Source of the DNA: Pseudoalteromonas translucida KMM 520
GTDB lineage: Bacteria > Pseudomonadota > Gammaproteobacteria > Enterobacterales > Alteromonadaceae
NCBI RefSeq assembly: GCF_001465295.1
Contig: NZ_CP011035.1
Span: 480,001 to 512,000, forward strand
Length of the DNA stretch: 32,000 bases
Reading direction: 5' to 3'
Below the pieces are notes generated by a model. It had not been told where the DNA came from. It saw only the letters and a program-made list of their open reading frames with translations, and ran no database searches. The position numbers were made by a program, and so were the translations under genes. Below, in pieces: positions 8,652 through 17,776 of this stretch. Each line of letters starts with the position of its first letter. Within the stretch, counting starts at the first letter, position 1.

Positions 8652-9083
8652 ATGAAAATTGATTTAGCCACGTTTTTACCTTACCAATTAAATAATATAG
8701 CGACGCAGGTAAGTAACGATTTTGCCAAAGTGTATAAACGTGAATTTGGCTTAAATATTCCGCAGTGGCGCATACTCGCTAACTTAGCGCAATATGGGCA
8801 AAGCACGGCTAAACAATTATGTATGCAAGCTGATATGGACAAATCAACGGTATCAAGAGCGGTACAAGCCTTAATAACTAAAGGTTTTATTTACAGCAAA
8901 GTGAATGAGCAAGATAAACGTGCTGCATTTTTAATGCTAGCTGATGAAGGCGAGGCTCTGTATAAAAAAATCACCCCAGAGGCACTTGCATGGGAAGCGC
9001 AGCTCTTAAATACACTTAGTGATGATGAGCGCCAGCAAATGATGAGCATTTTTGAAAAATTAAAACATCAGTTACAGCCATAA
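8652..9083 (+). CDS. MarR-family transcriptional regulator, divergent from hmgA
   Basis: NIPQWRILANLAQYGQSTAKQLCMQADMDKSTVSRAVQALITKGFI is a MarR winged-HTH. I prefer ATG 8652 (MKIDLATFLPYQL). The track start at 8535 is a TTG that adds 39 non-homologous residues across the divergent promoter region. Confidence 0.85.
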   Translation: MKIDLATFLPYQLNNIATQVSNDFAKVYKREFGLNIPQWRILANLAQYGQSTAKQLCMQADMDKSTVSRAVQALITKGFIYSKVNEQDKRAAFLMLADEGEALYKKITPEALAWEAQLLNTLSDDERQQMMSIFEKLKHQLQP

Positions 9084-9086
9084 AAA

Positions 9087-9106
9087 AGCCCATCAAAAGA
9101 TGGGCT
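9087..9106 (-). terminator. Intrinsic terminator after the first TonB-dependent receptor
   Basis: AGCCCATC (9087-9094), loop AAAA, GATGGGCT (9099-9106). The T-run lies on the minus strand, where plus-strand 9082-9086 is AAAAA. Confidence 0.6.
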
Positions 9107-9138
9107 CTAAACTAAATAAAATTATTACCTAATTTTTA

Positions 9139-12100
9139 TTAGAAAGTGTAACGAACACCTACGCGCATTTCCCAAAGAGAAGCATCACGTTGCACGGTTG
9201 TATTGGCATTATTAGGATTGAAATCCGAATAAATATAACGACCTTGAGCGTCAACATCGGTTGTAATCATACGAGAACCAACAAATGGACCTTTCTTAAG
9301 AACACCCCAATCATCATTTAACATATTAGTTAAGTTATCGATAACAAAGAATGCCTCACCTTTGTGGCCATCCATAAATCCTGGGATTTCTTGGGTTAGC
9401 TTAAAGTTGAACTTAACGAACCAATCTGCATTTTGAGCATTACGCCCAGCAATTTCACCACGTTTAAGACCTTGTGATGCTATAAACTCATTAAATTCAG
9501 TAATTTCAGCTGCGCTCATATTGTAAATAACATTAGGATCGTTTTCTAATGGTACGTATAAAAGCTGACGAGAACGATTTGAGTTTGCATCGCCAAATGC
9601 GCCATCACTTCCATTAAATGTAAAGCTGTATGGTAAGCCTTTATATGCTTCACCGAATAGGTTGAAGCGCGTGTTATAGCCATTGAAAAATTCATGGGTA
9701 TAACCAAGGTTTAAAGTAAAGCGGTGTGGTATTTCATAATCAGACGATGCAACACCAGGGTTACCAGGGTTAGCAGTTGCTACATTACCATAGTTAGAAT
9801 CAGCAACAGAGCTGGTCATCGGGTTTACATCATCAGAATCAGTATAAGCATAAGAAAATTGAACTTTAATACCATTATCATAAGCTTTACTAATAGCTGC
9901 AGAAATAACAGATGATTGACCACTGCTTCCATCTACATTAGTTAGTAGTAAGTCGCCATCACGTCCTTCAATTGATTCGTATAATGGGCGGCCGTCAAAA
10001 CTCACATCGCCAGATGGACGAAGTGCGATATCTCTTAAAATAGCGGCATTACGCTTTTTGGTATAAAGGTAATCAAGCGCAATAACATATTCATCTTCAG
10101 TAGTATAAGTTGCACCAAGTGAGTACTTCCACTCAGATGGAATATCAAAACCAGGATCAACAGCTTTTACCGATGCATCACCAGAACCAGGCACTACACT
10201 AGCCACACCATCAAATAATTCTTGTGGAACTTCAAAACCAGGCTTACCACCATTCACATTAGGTGTGTTAAATAAGTCCACATTATTCATGCGAAGGCCA
10301 ATATTTGTAATACCGTCATTTGAATACGAGTTAGATAACCATACATTTGGGTTACCGCCTGAGAATAAACCCATGCCCGCACGCACTTCTAGTGCATCGG
10401 TGGCGTACCATTCAAAACCAACACGTGGTTGAATTAAATCAATGCCATCAAAGGTTGACTGGTTACTAAATCCATAACGGTCAGTAAAATTTTGATTAAG
10501 TGTTGGTTTATCATCACTGCTGTAGCTATCGTAACGTAAGCCAAAGGTTAGTGACGCATCAATATTTGAGAAGCTATACTCATCTTGAACATAAAAGGTA
10601 TTTTGTGAATAAGAAAAGTTAGCAGCGGCATCTGCAGGGTTATTAGTACCAGCGGCATTGTTATAATACACGCGCGAAGCTAAACCATTTTCAAAATCAT
10701 CAATAGATGCAAAACGCCATTCACCTTCAGTATGCTGAACAAACTGATTGAAGACTTCTAGCTCTTCATATTCAAAACCAGCAGTAATAGTATGCTGATC
10801 TAAGTAATATGTACCTGCTATTTTAGCTGTAATAGTATCGTAGTTTAAGTCATTTGATTGACGAGAGTCATCAGGACCAAGGTAGACAGTGCCACCGTCA
10901 GTTGCTTCAATTTGGAATTCGCCAAAACTACTTGCAGCATCTAGAGAGTTTACACGTGCATCGAGTTCAGATTTACCAAGGCGAACTTCTGTTGAAAAAC
11001 TATCGTTCCAATCTGAATATAATGAACCTACGATTGAGGTGAATTCAGCGCCTTGTTCAAAAAAATGGCTATCTAAAGATAAGCGAGTAGAACCAGTATC
11101 TGACTGAGATAATGTGTAACCATCATTATAATTATAAACTAAGTTTGCACGATGAGAGTCGTTAATGTTCCAGTCTAACTTTATTAATATTTTTTCATCT
11201 TCAACTGGTGAACTTGCAGGCATACCACCGGCATCATAACCATATACAGTTTGAGATATCTGTTTAATACGTTCTAAATCAGCACTAGATACACTTGAAC
11301 CTAAAGGATCATAATTAAACTGTGCAACACCTTCTAACTTTTCATATGAAGTGAATAAAAATAAAGTGTCTTGAATAAGGGGCAAACCAACGTTAAAGCC
11401 ATAACGCTTTTCGCTGAAGTCTCCGTTATCAACTTTTTCACCTTCAATTTTGTCGCCTTTCATTGAATCGTTGGTGTAATCGTAGAATACGGCACCATGA
11501 ATGTCATTGCCGCCAGACTTAGTTACTGCATTAATGTTACACGAGGTAAAACCACCGTATTGCACATTGAAAGGGGCTAATTCAACGGCTACTTGCTCAA
11601 TTGAGTCAAATGAAAACGGAGCGCGAATAGTTGGGTAGCCGTTAGAGCTTAAGCCGAAGTTGTCGTTCATACGAACGCCATCAAGCGTTAAGCTGTTAAA
11701 GCGAGGGTTACCACCGCCACAGTTAATTGAACCACGACTGTCATCAACAGCAACGCGTGGATCAATACGAATAATATCTTTTAAATCGCGGTTAATTGCA
11801 GGTTGGTTTTCAAGGTCATTAAGTGTGAATGTTGAAGCGGGCCCTGTACCACCAGACATAGTGCTGATAGCACGACCTGTTACTACAATTTGTTCAATAT
11901 TAGATTGTGGTGCAAGTGTTACATTTACAGGGTAATCACTGCCTATATTCAAAATAATATTATTAAATGTTTGGTCAGCATAAACATCTGAATCAACAAC
12001 AACTTTATATGGGCCGCCAACGCGAAGGCCTTTTGCAGTAAAGTAACCAGCGGCATTTACTTCGGTAGATTTAACTGAGCCAGAAGGAACATGTAAAATT

Positions 12101-12252
12101 GTTACTTTAGTTCCTTGTGCAGGGTTGCCATTAGGGCCCATTATCTGACCTTTAATTGCAGACGTTGTTTCGTTGGCGATTGCAGCACCACTTACTCCTA
12201 CACATGCTGCAATAGCGAGTGATAGAGCTGTTTTACGAAGTTGAGTTTTCAT
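9139..12252 (-). CDS. TonB-dependent receptor, Oar-like, with N-terminal carboxypeptidase-regulatory-like domain
   Basis: About 1037 aa with a signal peptide. The N-terminal domain includes GTKVTILHVPSG...GLRVGGPYKVVV. TonB-box-like IEQIVVTG and plug LDGVRMND are present. The C-terminus ends in the beta-barrel signature VGVRYTF. ATG 12252 (MKTQL) is preferred because GGGAAA lies upstream of it. Confidence 0.9.
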   Translation of the reverse strand: MKTQLRKTALSLAIAACVGVSGAAIANETTSAIKGQIMGPNGNPAQGTKVTILHVPSGSVKSTEVNAAGYFTAKGLRVGGPYKVVVDSDVYADQTFNNIILNIGSDYPVNVTLAPQSNIEQIVVTGRAISTMSGGTGPASTFTLNDLENQPAINRDLKDIIRIDPRVAVDDSRGSINCGGGNPRFNSLTLDGVRMNDNFGLSSNGYPTIRAPFSFDSIEQVAVELAPFNVQYGGFTSCNINAVTKSGGNDIHGAVFYDYTNDSMKGDKIEGEKVDNGDFSEKRYGFNVGLPLIQDTLFLFTSYEKLEGVAQFNYDPLGSSVSSADLERIKQISQTVYGYDAGGMPASSPVEDEKILIKLDWNINDSHRANLVYNYNDGYTLSQSDTGSTRLSLDSHFFEQGAEFTSIVGSLYSDWNDSFSTEVRLGKSELDARVNSLDAASSFGEFQIEATDGGTVYLGPDDSRQSNDLNYDTITAKIAGTYYLDQHTITAGFEYEELEVFNQFVQHTEGEWRFASIDDFENGLASRVYYNNAAGTNNPADAAANFSYSQNTFYVQDEYSFSNIDASLTFGLRYDSYSSDDKPTLNQNFTDRYGFSNQSTFDGIDLIQPRVGFEWYATDALEVRAGMGLFSGGNPNVWLSNSYSNDGITNIGLRMNNVDLFNTPNVNGGKPGFEVPQELFDGVASVVPGSGDASVKAVDPGFDIPSEWKYSLGATYTTEDEYVIALDYLYTKKRNAAILRDIALRPSGDVSFDGRPLYESIEGRDGDLLLTNVDGSSGQSSVISAAISKAYDNGIKVQFSYAYTDSDDVNPMTSSVADSNYGNVATANPGNPGVASSDYEIPHRFTLNLGYTHEFFNGYNTRFNLFGEAYKGLPYSFTFNGSDGAFGDANSNRSRQLLYVPLENDPNVIYNMSAAEITEFNEFIASQGLKRGEIAGRNAQNADWFVKFNFKLTQEIPGFMDGHKGEAFFVIDNLTNMLNDDWGVLKKGPFVGSRMITTDVDAQGRYIYSDFNPNNANTTVQRDASLWEMRVGVRYTF

Positions 12253-12511
12253 TTTTTTTCCCATGTAGTTTATTAAACTTTTTATATTTATAAAGTATTT
12301 GCACTAAACAAACGAACCAAATTCATGCAGTACTAAATCTATACATATTATACATTAGTTTATGTTTACAAATAAGCTACAAGTGTAATGTTTTTTTAAT
12401 ATTTATAGATTAATACTACGAATGATTGATGTTAATAATGAAATGTTCGTGTTGTAAAAGAGAGTAAATACTATTTATGACAAATAGATGAAAAAGGGAG
12501 TTTAAATGAAA

Positions 12512-12539
12512 AAACCCATTACAAAGTTGTAATGGGTTT
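12512..12539 (-). terminator. Intrinsic terminator after the second TonB-dependent receptor
   Basis: AAACCCATTACAA / TTGTAATGGGTTT inverted repeat, followed on the minus strand by TTTTT (plus-strand 12507-12511 is AAAAA). Confidence 0.65.
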
Positions 12540-12571
12540 AACTAATATAAAGCGTAATGTTTTATTAGGTA

Positions 12572-15500
12572 TTAAAACTTATAGCTCACACCAATTTTAG
12601 CTTGCCATGCAGATGATGACGTAGAAATTTGGCTATAATTGCGTACATCAGCACCGTTATGACGATTGTTGATAATGTATCGGCCTTCATCATCTATTCC
12701 AGCTAGGTCATATACAGCTTGATCAGAGTAACCTAAACGCTTTTCAACACCCCAGTCGCTATTAAGTAAGTTAGCAAAGTTATCAATCATAAAGTAAACC
12801 TCACCTTTATGGCCTTCAGCAAAACCTGGGATCTCTTGTTTAACACTAATATCCATAGTCGTAACCCAAGGTTGAGTGCCTGTATTACGGTTTAGAATTT
12901 GGCCACGCTCAGAAATACCAGCACGGTTAAGTAGCGTTTCAAGTTCGCTCCACGACAAACCAGATTCATCCCAGTTTACATTTGCATCATCAGCACCCGT
13001 TGGGATGTATGCAAGGTAAGCCGAGTTTGAATAAAAGTCACGTGTATCGCCTAAATCATCTTTTTCATAAAGACCCATTGTATAGCTAAATGGGCGGCCA
13101 GAGCGACGCTCAAAGTACATGTTAAACTTGGTTTGGTAGCCAGAAAAAAGCTCAGTATTATAGCTCACATTAACCTTAAAGCTATGTTCCACTTCGTAAG
13201 CACCACGCTGTGCTAAATCAACATTACGGCTTTGTGTTAATGTATGTTTATAATTACTTTGTGCTTGTGATGATGAACCACCTGAAGCTTCTGTAATATC
13301 TTGATGTGCATAACTGGTCGATATATACAGGCCGTTATCCCATTCTTTAGCAAGAGCGGTAGAGAAGATTACCGAGCGCCCATCTTCAGCTGAGTTGGTC
13401 ATTGCTATATCAAAGTTATCTTTTAAGTCACCTTCGTAGATACCTTCATAAATAATACGATCGCCATCAGCGGTTGTACCAACAGGCTTGATTGCAGTGT
13501 TATGCCATACAGCCTCATTTTCTTTTTTATGGTAAGCAATTTCTGCTTGCCATTTAAAGCCATTACCTAAAAATTCTGAGTCAAATTCATAATCAAAACC
13601 AACTTGCGCACGGATGCTTGAAGGTAATTTAAAATTAGGATCAATATAGTTAGTGCTACCCGCACCTTGTACTAATGAACCTTTTATTTCGTCTGGAACT
13701 TGAGTGATATCAACAGGATTATTTGCGTAGTAACCATCAATTACGCTTTGTGGTGCATCAACAAAAGTAAGACCGTCTTTTTGGAATGAGTTGTTATACC
13801 AAACGTTAGGAATACCGCCTTGGAAACGACCTACGCCACCATTGATAGTAAGAGCCTCTGTTGCATAATATTTGAAACCAACACGAGGTAAAATAATATC
13901 TACACCATCAAGGTTTTCTTGGTTAGTAAAACCATAGGTTTCTAAAAACTTTTCATTCAATGTTGGTTTATCGTCAGACGCTAAACGCTCATAACGTACA
14001 CCCGCAGTTACTTCTAAATCATCAGTAGCATAAAACGTATCTTCTACGTAAAGAGCAAACTGACTGCGCGTTGCATCGTAAGCAGTATCTGCTGAGTTAT
14101 TGGTATAGGCATTACTGTAAGTAAAGTCATGTTTACCTTTGTAATTACCTACTTCGCGGTTTTCGAAACCAGCAAAGTTATCAAACTCCCATGAGCCTAA
14201 AGAGTTGGCTGCAAATAAATTATATAAATTTAAAGATTCATACTTAGCACCAAACTTAATTTGATGTTCGTCTAATAAGTATGTGCCATCAAAAGTTAGT
14301 GTTAAATTTTCAGTCGCTGCTTTATTGGCATGACGGTATTCATCAGTACCAAACTGATAAGCTGGTCCACGGAAATATTCTTCAACTTTAACACTACCAA
14401 TTTTAGAGTTAGTGATGCTGTCAGATGTTACATCTTTATAAGCAATACCAATTTCAGTAGAGAAGTCTTCATTCCAATCTGAGTAAAGCTTGGTAGCAAA
14501 GTTGTTGAATTTAGTCGCGTAAGTGTAACGATTTGAAGCAAGTGAAACGGTACTGCCACCAGTACCAAAATTACGCTCGTCTTTATCGTCTTGCCATTGG
14601 TATGTAAAGTCTAAACGATGGTCGTCGTTGATGTTCCAGCTTAACTTAACCAATAATGACTCATTGGTGTCTTTAGGGTCGCCACCAAGAGAATCTTGCA
14701 TACCGTACACGTTATCTAATATAGATAAAAACTGATCAAAGCTTTCTTTGGTTACATCGTATTCGTTTGCTGCGCCTGAGCCTTCAAAGCCATAGTCTAA
14801 ATCTAACTCGCTCTTCCATGCATTGTAGTTTACAAAGTAAAAAAGCTTATCCTCTAGTATTGGTCCGCCAAAGTTAAAACCGTAACGCGCTTCTGTTTGG
14901 ATTGGCTTTACTTGTTCAGTAACAAATGTTCTGTGGCCATCTTCATCTAAAGCCGGTCTGCCATTTGCGTATACTTGTGAAATACTATCAACATCACCCG
15001 CCATATCTGGAGTTGATGTTTCATAAAAGCCAGAAAACTTAAATTCGTTAGTACCTGACTTTGTTACTGCATTTATAGTACCGCCACCAAAGTTACCTTT
15101 AGCTGCTGAAAAAGGAGATACGTCTACAGAAATTTGTTCAATTGCATCAAGTGCAACAGGTGGCTGCGCTGTAGGGTAGCCGCCATAGTTCAAACCAAAA
15201 TCGTCGTTTTGGCCAATGCCATCAACAGTTAAGCTATTACTACGTGGATTATTACCAGCAAAGGTTAGCTCTCCATTACCGTTAATATTTGCAAGTGGGT
15301 TTAAGCGAGCAATATCTTTAATATCACGGTTAAAACTCGGCATGTTTTGAATTGTATCTTCGCCAAAAGAGCTGCTAGAACCGCCAGATTGTTGTACTAT
15401 TTTATAGCCAGAAACTTCAATTTTTTCCATGTTTAATGGTCTAAGCTGAGAGTTTAAGCGATAAGTATCACCTAATTCTAGGTAGATGTTTTCAAGCGTA

Positions 15501-15778
15501 GTATCGTTAAAAGTATCAGAGTCGATTATTACTGTATATGGACCCCCAACACGTAAACCGTTAGCTATAAAAGTACCACTTGAATTGGTTGTAAGTTCAC
15601 TTACAGTTCCAGTAGGACCATGAATAACTTTAATTTTTACATTTGCAGCACTTTCACCAGATGGAGTAGTGATTTTACCACGCATTGCAGATGACGTGTC
15701 AGCAGCCATAGCACTTGCAGAAACACCAAGAGCTAAAATAATTGCTCCGGTTAATTTCGAAAGGCGAAGTTTATTCAT
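12572..15778 (-). CDS. TonB-dependent receptor, Oar-like paralogue
   Basis: 1068 aa with the same architecture: IKVIHGPTG...GLRVGGPYTVII, MEKIEVSG, LTVDGIGQND, and the C-terminal IGVSYKF. It is clearly paralogous to 9139-12252. It starts 25 nt after the nuclease stop with no hairpin in between. Confidence 0.9.
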   Translation of the reverse strand: MNKLRLSKLTGAIILALGVSASAMAADTSSAMRGKITTPSGESAANVKIKVIHGPTGTVSELTTNSSGTFIANGLRVGGPYTVIIDSDTFNDTTLENIYLELGDTYRLNSQLRPLNMEKIEVSGYKIVQQSGGSSSSFGEDTIQNMPSFNRDIKDIARLNPLANINGNGELTFAGNNPRSNSLTVDGIGQNDDFGLNYGGYPTAQPPVALDAIEQISVDVSPFSAAKGNFGGGTINAVTKSGTNEFKFSGFYETSTPDMAGDVDSISQVYANGRPALDEDGHRTFVTEQVKPIQTEARYGFNFGGPILEDKLFYFVNYNAWKSELDLDYGFEGSGAANEYDVTKESFDQFLSILDNVYGMQDSLGGDPKDTNESLLVKLSWNINDDHRLDFTYQWQDDKDERNFGTGGSTVSLASNRYTYATKFNNFATKLYSDWNEDFSTEIGIAYKDVTSDSITNSKIGSVKVEEYFRGPAYQFGTDEYRHANKAATENLTLTFDGTYLLDEHQIKFGAKYESLNLYNLFAANSLGSWEFDNFAGFENREVGNYKGKHDFTYSNAYTNNSADTAYDATRSQFALYVEDTFYATDDLEVTAGVRYERLASDDKPTLNEKFLETYGFTNQENLDGVDIILPRVGFKYYATEALTINGGVGRFQGGIPNVWYNNSFQKDGLTFVDAPQSVIDGYYANNPVDITQVPDEIKGSLVQGAGSTNYIDPNFKLPSSIRAQVGFDYEFDSEFLGNGFKWQAEIAYHKKENEAVWHNTAIKPVGTTADGDRIIYEGIYEGDLKDNFDIAMTNSAEDGRSVIFSTALAKEWDNGLYISTSYAHQDITEASGGSSSQAQSNYKHTLTQSRNVDLAQRGAYEVEHSFKVNVSYNTELFSGYQTKFNMYFERRSGRPFSYTMGLYEKDDLGDTRDFYSNSAYLAYIPTGADDANVNWDESGLSWSELETLLNRAGISERGQILNRNTGTQPWVTTMDISVKQEIPGFAEGHKGEVYFMIDNFANLLNSDWGVEKRLGYSDQAVYDLAGIDDEGRYIINNRHNGADVRNYSQISTSSSAWQAKIGVSYKF

Positions 15779-15803
15779 TATGTTGTTTTCCCGTATTATA
15801 AAG

Positions 15804-16673
15804 TTACTTAGTTAGTTGTTTTTCGCTAGTTTGCATCTTAAGTGCACTGACTAACGGTGTTGCTGATTCATCAAATAAACTATTTAATAAACCTGCGAGT
15901 CTTATTCCGCTTTGTTGCAGCCGAATTTTAATTATTGGCATATGGTTAAAAATGTAACTATAGCTAATGTCTGTTTCGTTTTTATTATAAATTGATTCTG
16001 CTAAGTTGTTTGATTCTACTAACCAACTAGTAGGGTTACTGGTTAGGTACTCACTAATTAAGGTTTGATTATTAGTATTGATAAAGTCAGCAAATTCAGT
16101 ATATGAGAGGTTTTCACCTTCAATTAATTTACTGTCCCATAAACTGTGTAGGTTGGTTTCTTGACCAAAATGTTGCACCTTTATACGGTTACCACCGCGA
16201 TCATCTGCACGCCCAGCATGAAAAGGCTGATGGCTGTCGCCTACTAAGTGTACTAAAAAGCGTAAACTAAACTGTTTAGCATCTAATGAACTTTGCTCGT
16301 CTTGAAGTACTTTAATTGAGTAATGAATGCCTTCAAGGATGTTGGTAACAGATTCTTTATTTTTTGTATGAGAATGATTGAGTGAAATAGGCTTGTTTGC
16401 AGATGTATTAATATAATGCCAGCGTGATGATTTTCTTTGCCAAAACTCACCAGGAGCAGAGCGCATTTCATCTGGCCAAGTAGACACTTGTGCTAAAGAT
16501 TCATTATTTAATAACGGAAAAAGTTTTGTTTTTGTTGTTTCACTAAGATGAGACTCTGCAATTTTAGCTATGATCCTGTGTCCATTTTGACCCCATGCAT
16601 GAGCATTAGTACAAACAAGTACAGCGCTGACGACCAGCGTTGCTTTAACTGAGGACATTAAGTTGTTACGCAT
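15804..16673 (-). CDS. Secreted S1/P1-family zinc nuclease
   Basis: A signal peptide is followed by WGQNGHRIIAKIAESHL...STWPDEMR...RWHYIN...FLVHLVGDSHQPFHAG...GGNRIKV...NLHSLWDSKLIE, which carries the family's metal-ligand motifs. AGGA lies 7 nt upstream of ATG 16673. Confidence 0.85.
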   Translation of the reverse strand: MRNNLMSSVKATLVVSAVLVCTNAHAWGQNGHRIIAKIAESHLSETTKTKLFPLLNNESLAQVSTWPDEMRSAPGEFWQRKSSRWHYINTSANKPISLNHSHTKNKESVTNILEGIHYSIKVLQDEQSSLDAKQFSLRFLVHLVGDSHQPFHAGRADDRGGNRIKVQHFGQETNLHSLWDSKLIEGENLSYTEFADFINTNNQTLISEYLTSNPTSWLVESNNLAESIYNKNETDISYSYIFNHMPIIKIRLQQSGIRLAGLLNSLFDESATPLVSALKMQTSEKQLTK

Positions 16674-16818
16674 TTGGTTTCCTTCAAATTATTATAGGGT
16701 CAAAATCACTAATCCGGTCAATTGTCCTTGTTTATTAGTGGGATAGGAAGGCGTTAATAACATTCATATTAACTTGTGGGTAAGTCATTTAAATCAATAG
16801 CTTGTATTTGATAGGTAA

Positions 16819-16842
16819 AATTACTTATTGCAATAAGTAATT
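16819..16842. promoter_or_regulatory. Perfect 24-bp palindrome AATTACTTATTGCAATAAGTAATT in the divergent intergenic region
   Basis: Exact self-complementarity read directly from the sequence. It lies between the nuclease/TBDR unit (minus) and the PhnD-like/wHTH-like pair (plus). The confidence value refers to an operator function; the palindrome itself is certain. Confidence 0.5.
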
Positions 16843-16876
16843 AAAATTGTTCAAATGGGGTAATAATAATATTAGG

Positions 16877-17776
16877 ATGTTTTGTTTGAACATTAAATGC
16901 GTCATTTACAATAAAATGCTGTTAATTGTATTTTTATATTTGTTAATTGTTTTAGTGTGGGTGTGTGGTCAGCTGAGTGTTGATAGCAGTGAATTACGCT
17001 TTGTAAAATTAATAGAAACATCAATTGAATGCCAAACATCTGTAATTAAAAATGAAAACCAGTTAATCATCTTTGCGCCATCAAAAAAAATAGCAGGTAC
17101 ATTAGCACATAGCTTGTGTACAGATGATGTGGTAGCTAAGCAATACGGTGCGGTTGTAAGTTACTGGCGCTATAACACGACGGAGAGCTTTGAATTTGTA
17201 GGAAAAGGCATTGCAGATCTTATTTTAACTAAAAACAATATTATGGAAGCATTTAAAGCCGAGGCTACCTATAACTACCAGCCTGTAGTTGGGTTTTCTG
17301 ATTACACTGCATTTTTTATTTCGGCTAAAGAAAAACCTAAAATAACAAAAGAGTACTTTTTAGGTAAGCGTATTGGATTATTAGATTATCCAACCAGTCG
17401 CTCAGGGCATATATTGCCAAAGCAAGTATTTAAAGAGTTGGATATTAACCTCGAAAACTTAAATATTGTTTATGCCAGCTCTCATGATGCGTTACGTGAT
17501 TTATTGGCTAACGGCAAAGTTGATCTTATAGCTTCATTTTGGCAAGAAAGTGATACAAAACGCTTTTCAAAAAACTATATTACACCGCTAAAAAATAACA
17601 TTGCAGGCACGCGCTGGTATTTAAAAATGCCACACAATAATACCGATTTATTGTGCTCGGTACAGGCGCATTTATTAGCCATGTCGCAAGAGCAATCTCT
17701 TCATTACTATAAAGGTGCGCAGTCATTTTGGCAGTGTGATAACGACGTTGTAACTTATAAGCGAGATGCAATATGA
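16877..17776 (+). CDS. Membrane-anchored periplasmic binding protein, PhnD-like (phosphonate-binding type 2 PBP fold)
   Basis: The N-terminus has one hydrophobic segment, LLIVFLYLLIVLVWV. GKRIGLLDYPTSRSGHILPKQVFKELDINLENLNIVYASSHDALRDLLANGKVDLIASFW matches the core pattern of the PhnD / Phosphonate-bd family. The start is uncertain: TTG 16847, ATG 16877 or ATG 16916. Confidence 0.55.
   Translation: MFCLNIKCVIYNKMLLIVFLYLLIVLVWVCGQLSVDSSELRFVKLIETSIECQTSVIKNENQLIIFAPSKKIAGTLAHSLCTDDVVAKQYGAVVSYWRYNTTESFEFVGKGIADLILTKNNIMEAFKAEATYNYQPVVGFSDYTAFFISAKEKPKITKEYFLGKRIGLLDYPTSRSGHILPKQVFKELDINLENLNIVYASSHDALRDLLANGKVDLIASFWQESDTKRFSKNYITPLKNNIAGTRWYLKMPHNNTDLLCSVQAHLLAMSQEQSLHYYKGAQSFWQCDNDVVTYKRDAI

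Noticed and set aside
12421-12445. Fur-box-like AT-rich stretch AATGATTGATGTTAATAATGAAATG upstream of the first TonB receptor
   Set aside because: Any register gives a poor match to GATAATGATAATCATTATC. The resemblance comes from AT-richness. Oar-like receptors are not typically iron-regulated.
12506-12532. 8-codon plus-strand mini-ORF (MKKPITKL) with a strong AAGGGAG Shine-Dalgarno
   Set aside because: It coincides with the stem of the receptor terminator and lies on the strand opposite all neighbouring genes. It is most simply a by-product of the hairpin sequence, and it cannot be tested from sequence alone.
16132-16150. Pho-box-like direct repeat CTGTCCCATAAACTGTGTA
   Set aside because: It lies inside the nuclease coding region. 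The repeat spacing is 12 rather than 11, and the second half is degenerate. I found no comparable site in the actual promoter regions.
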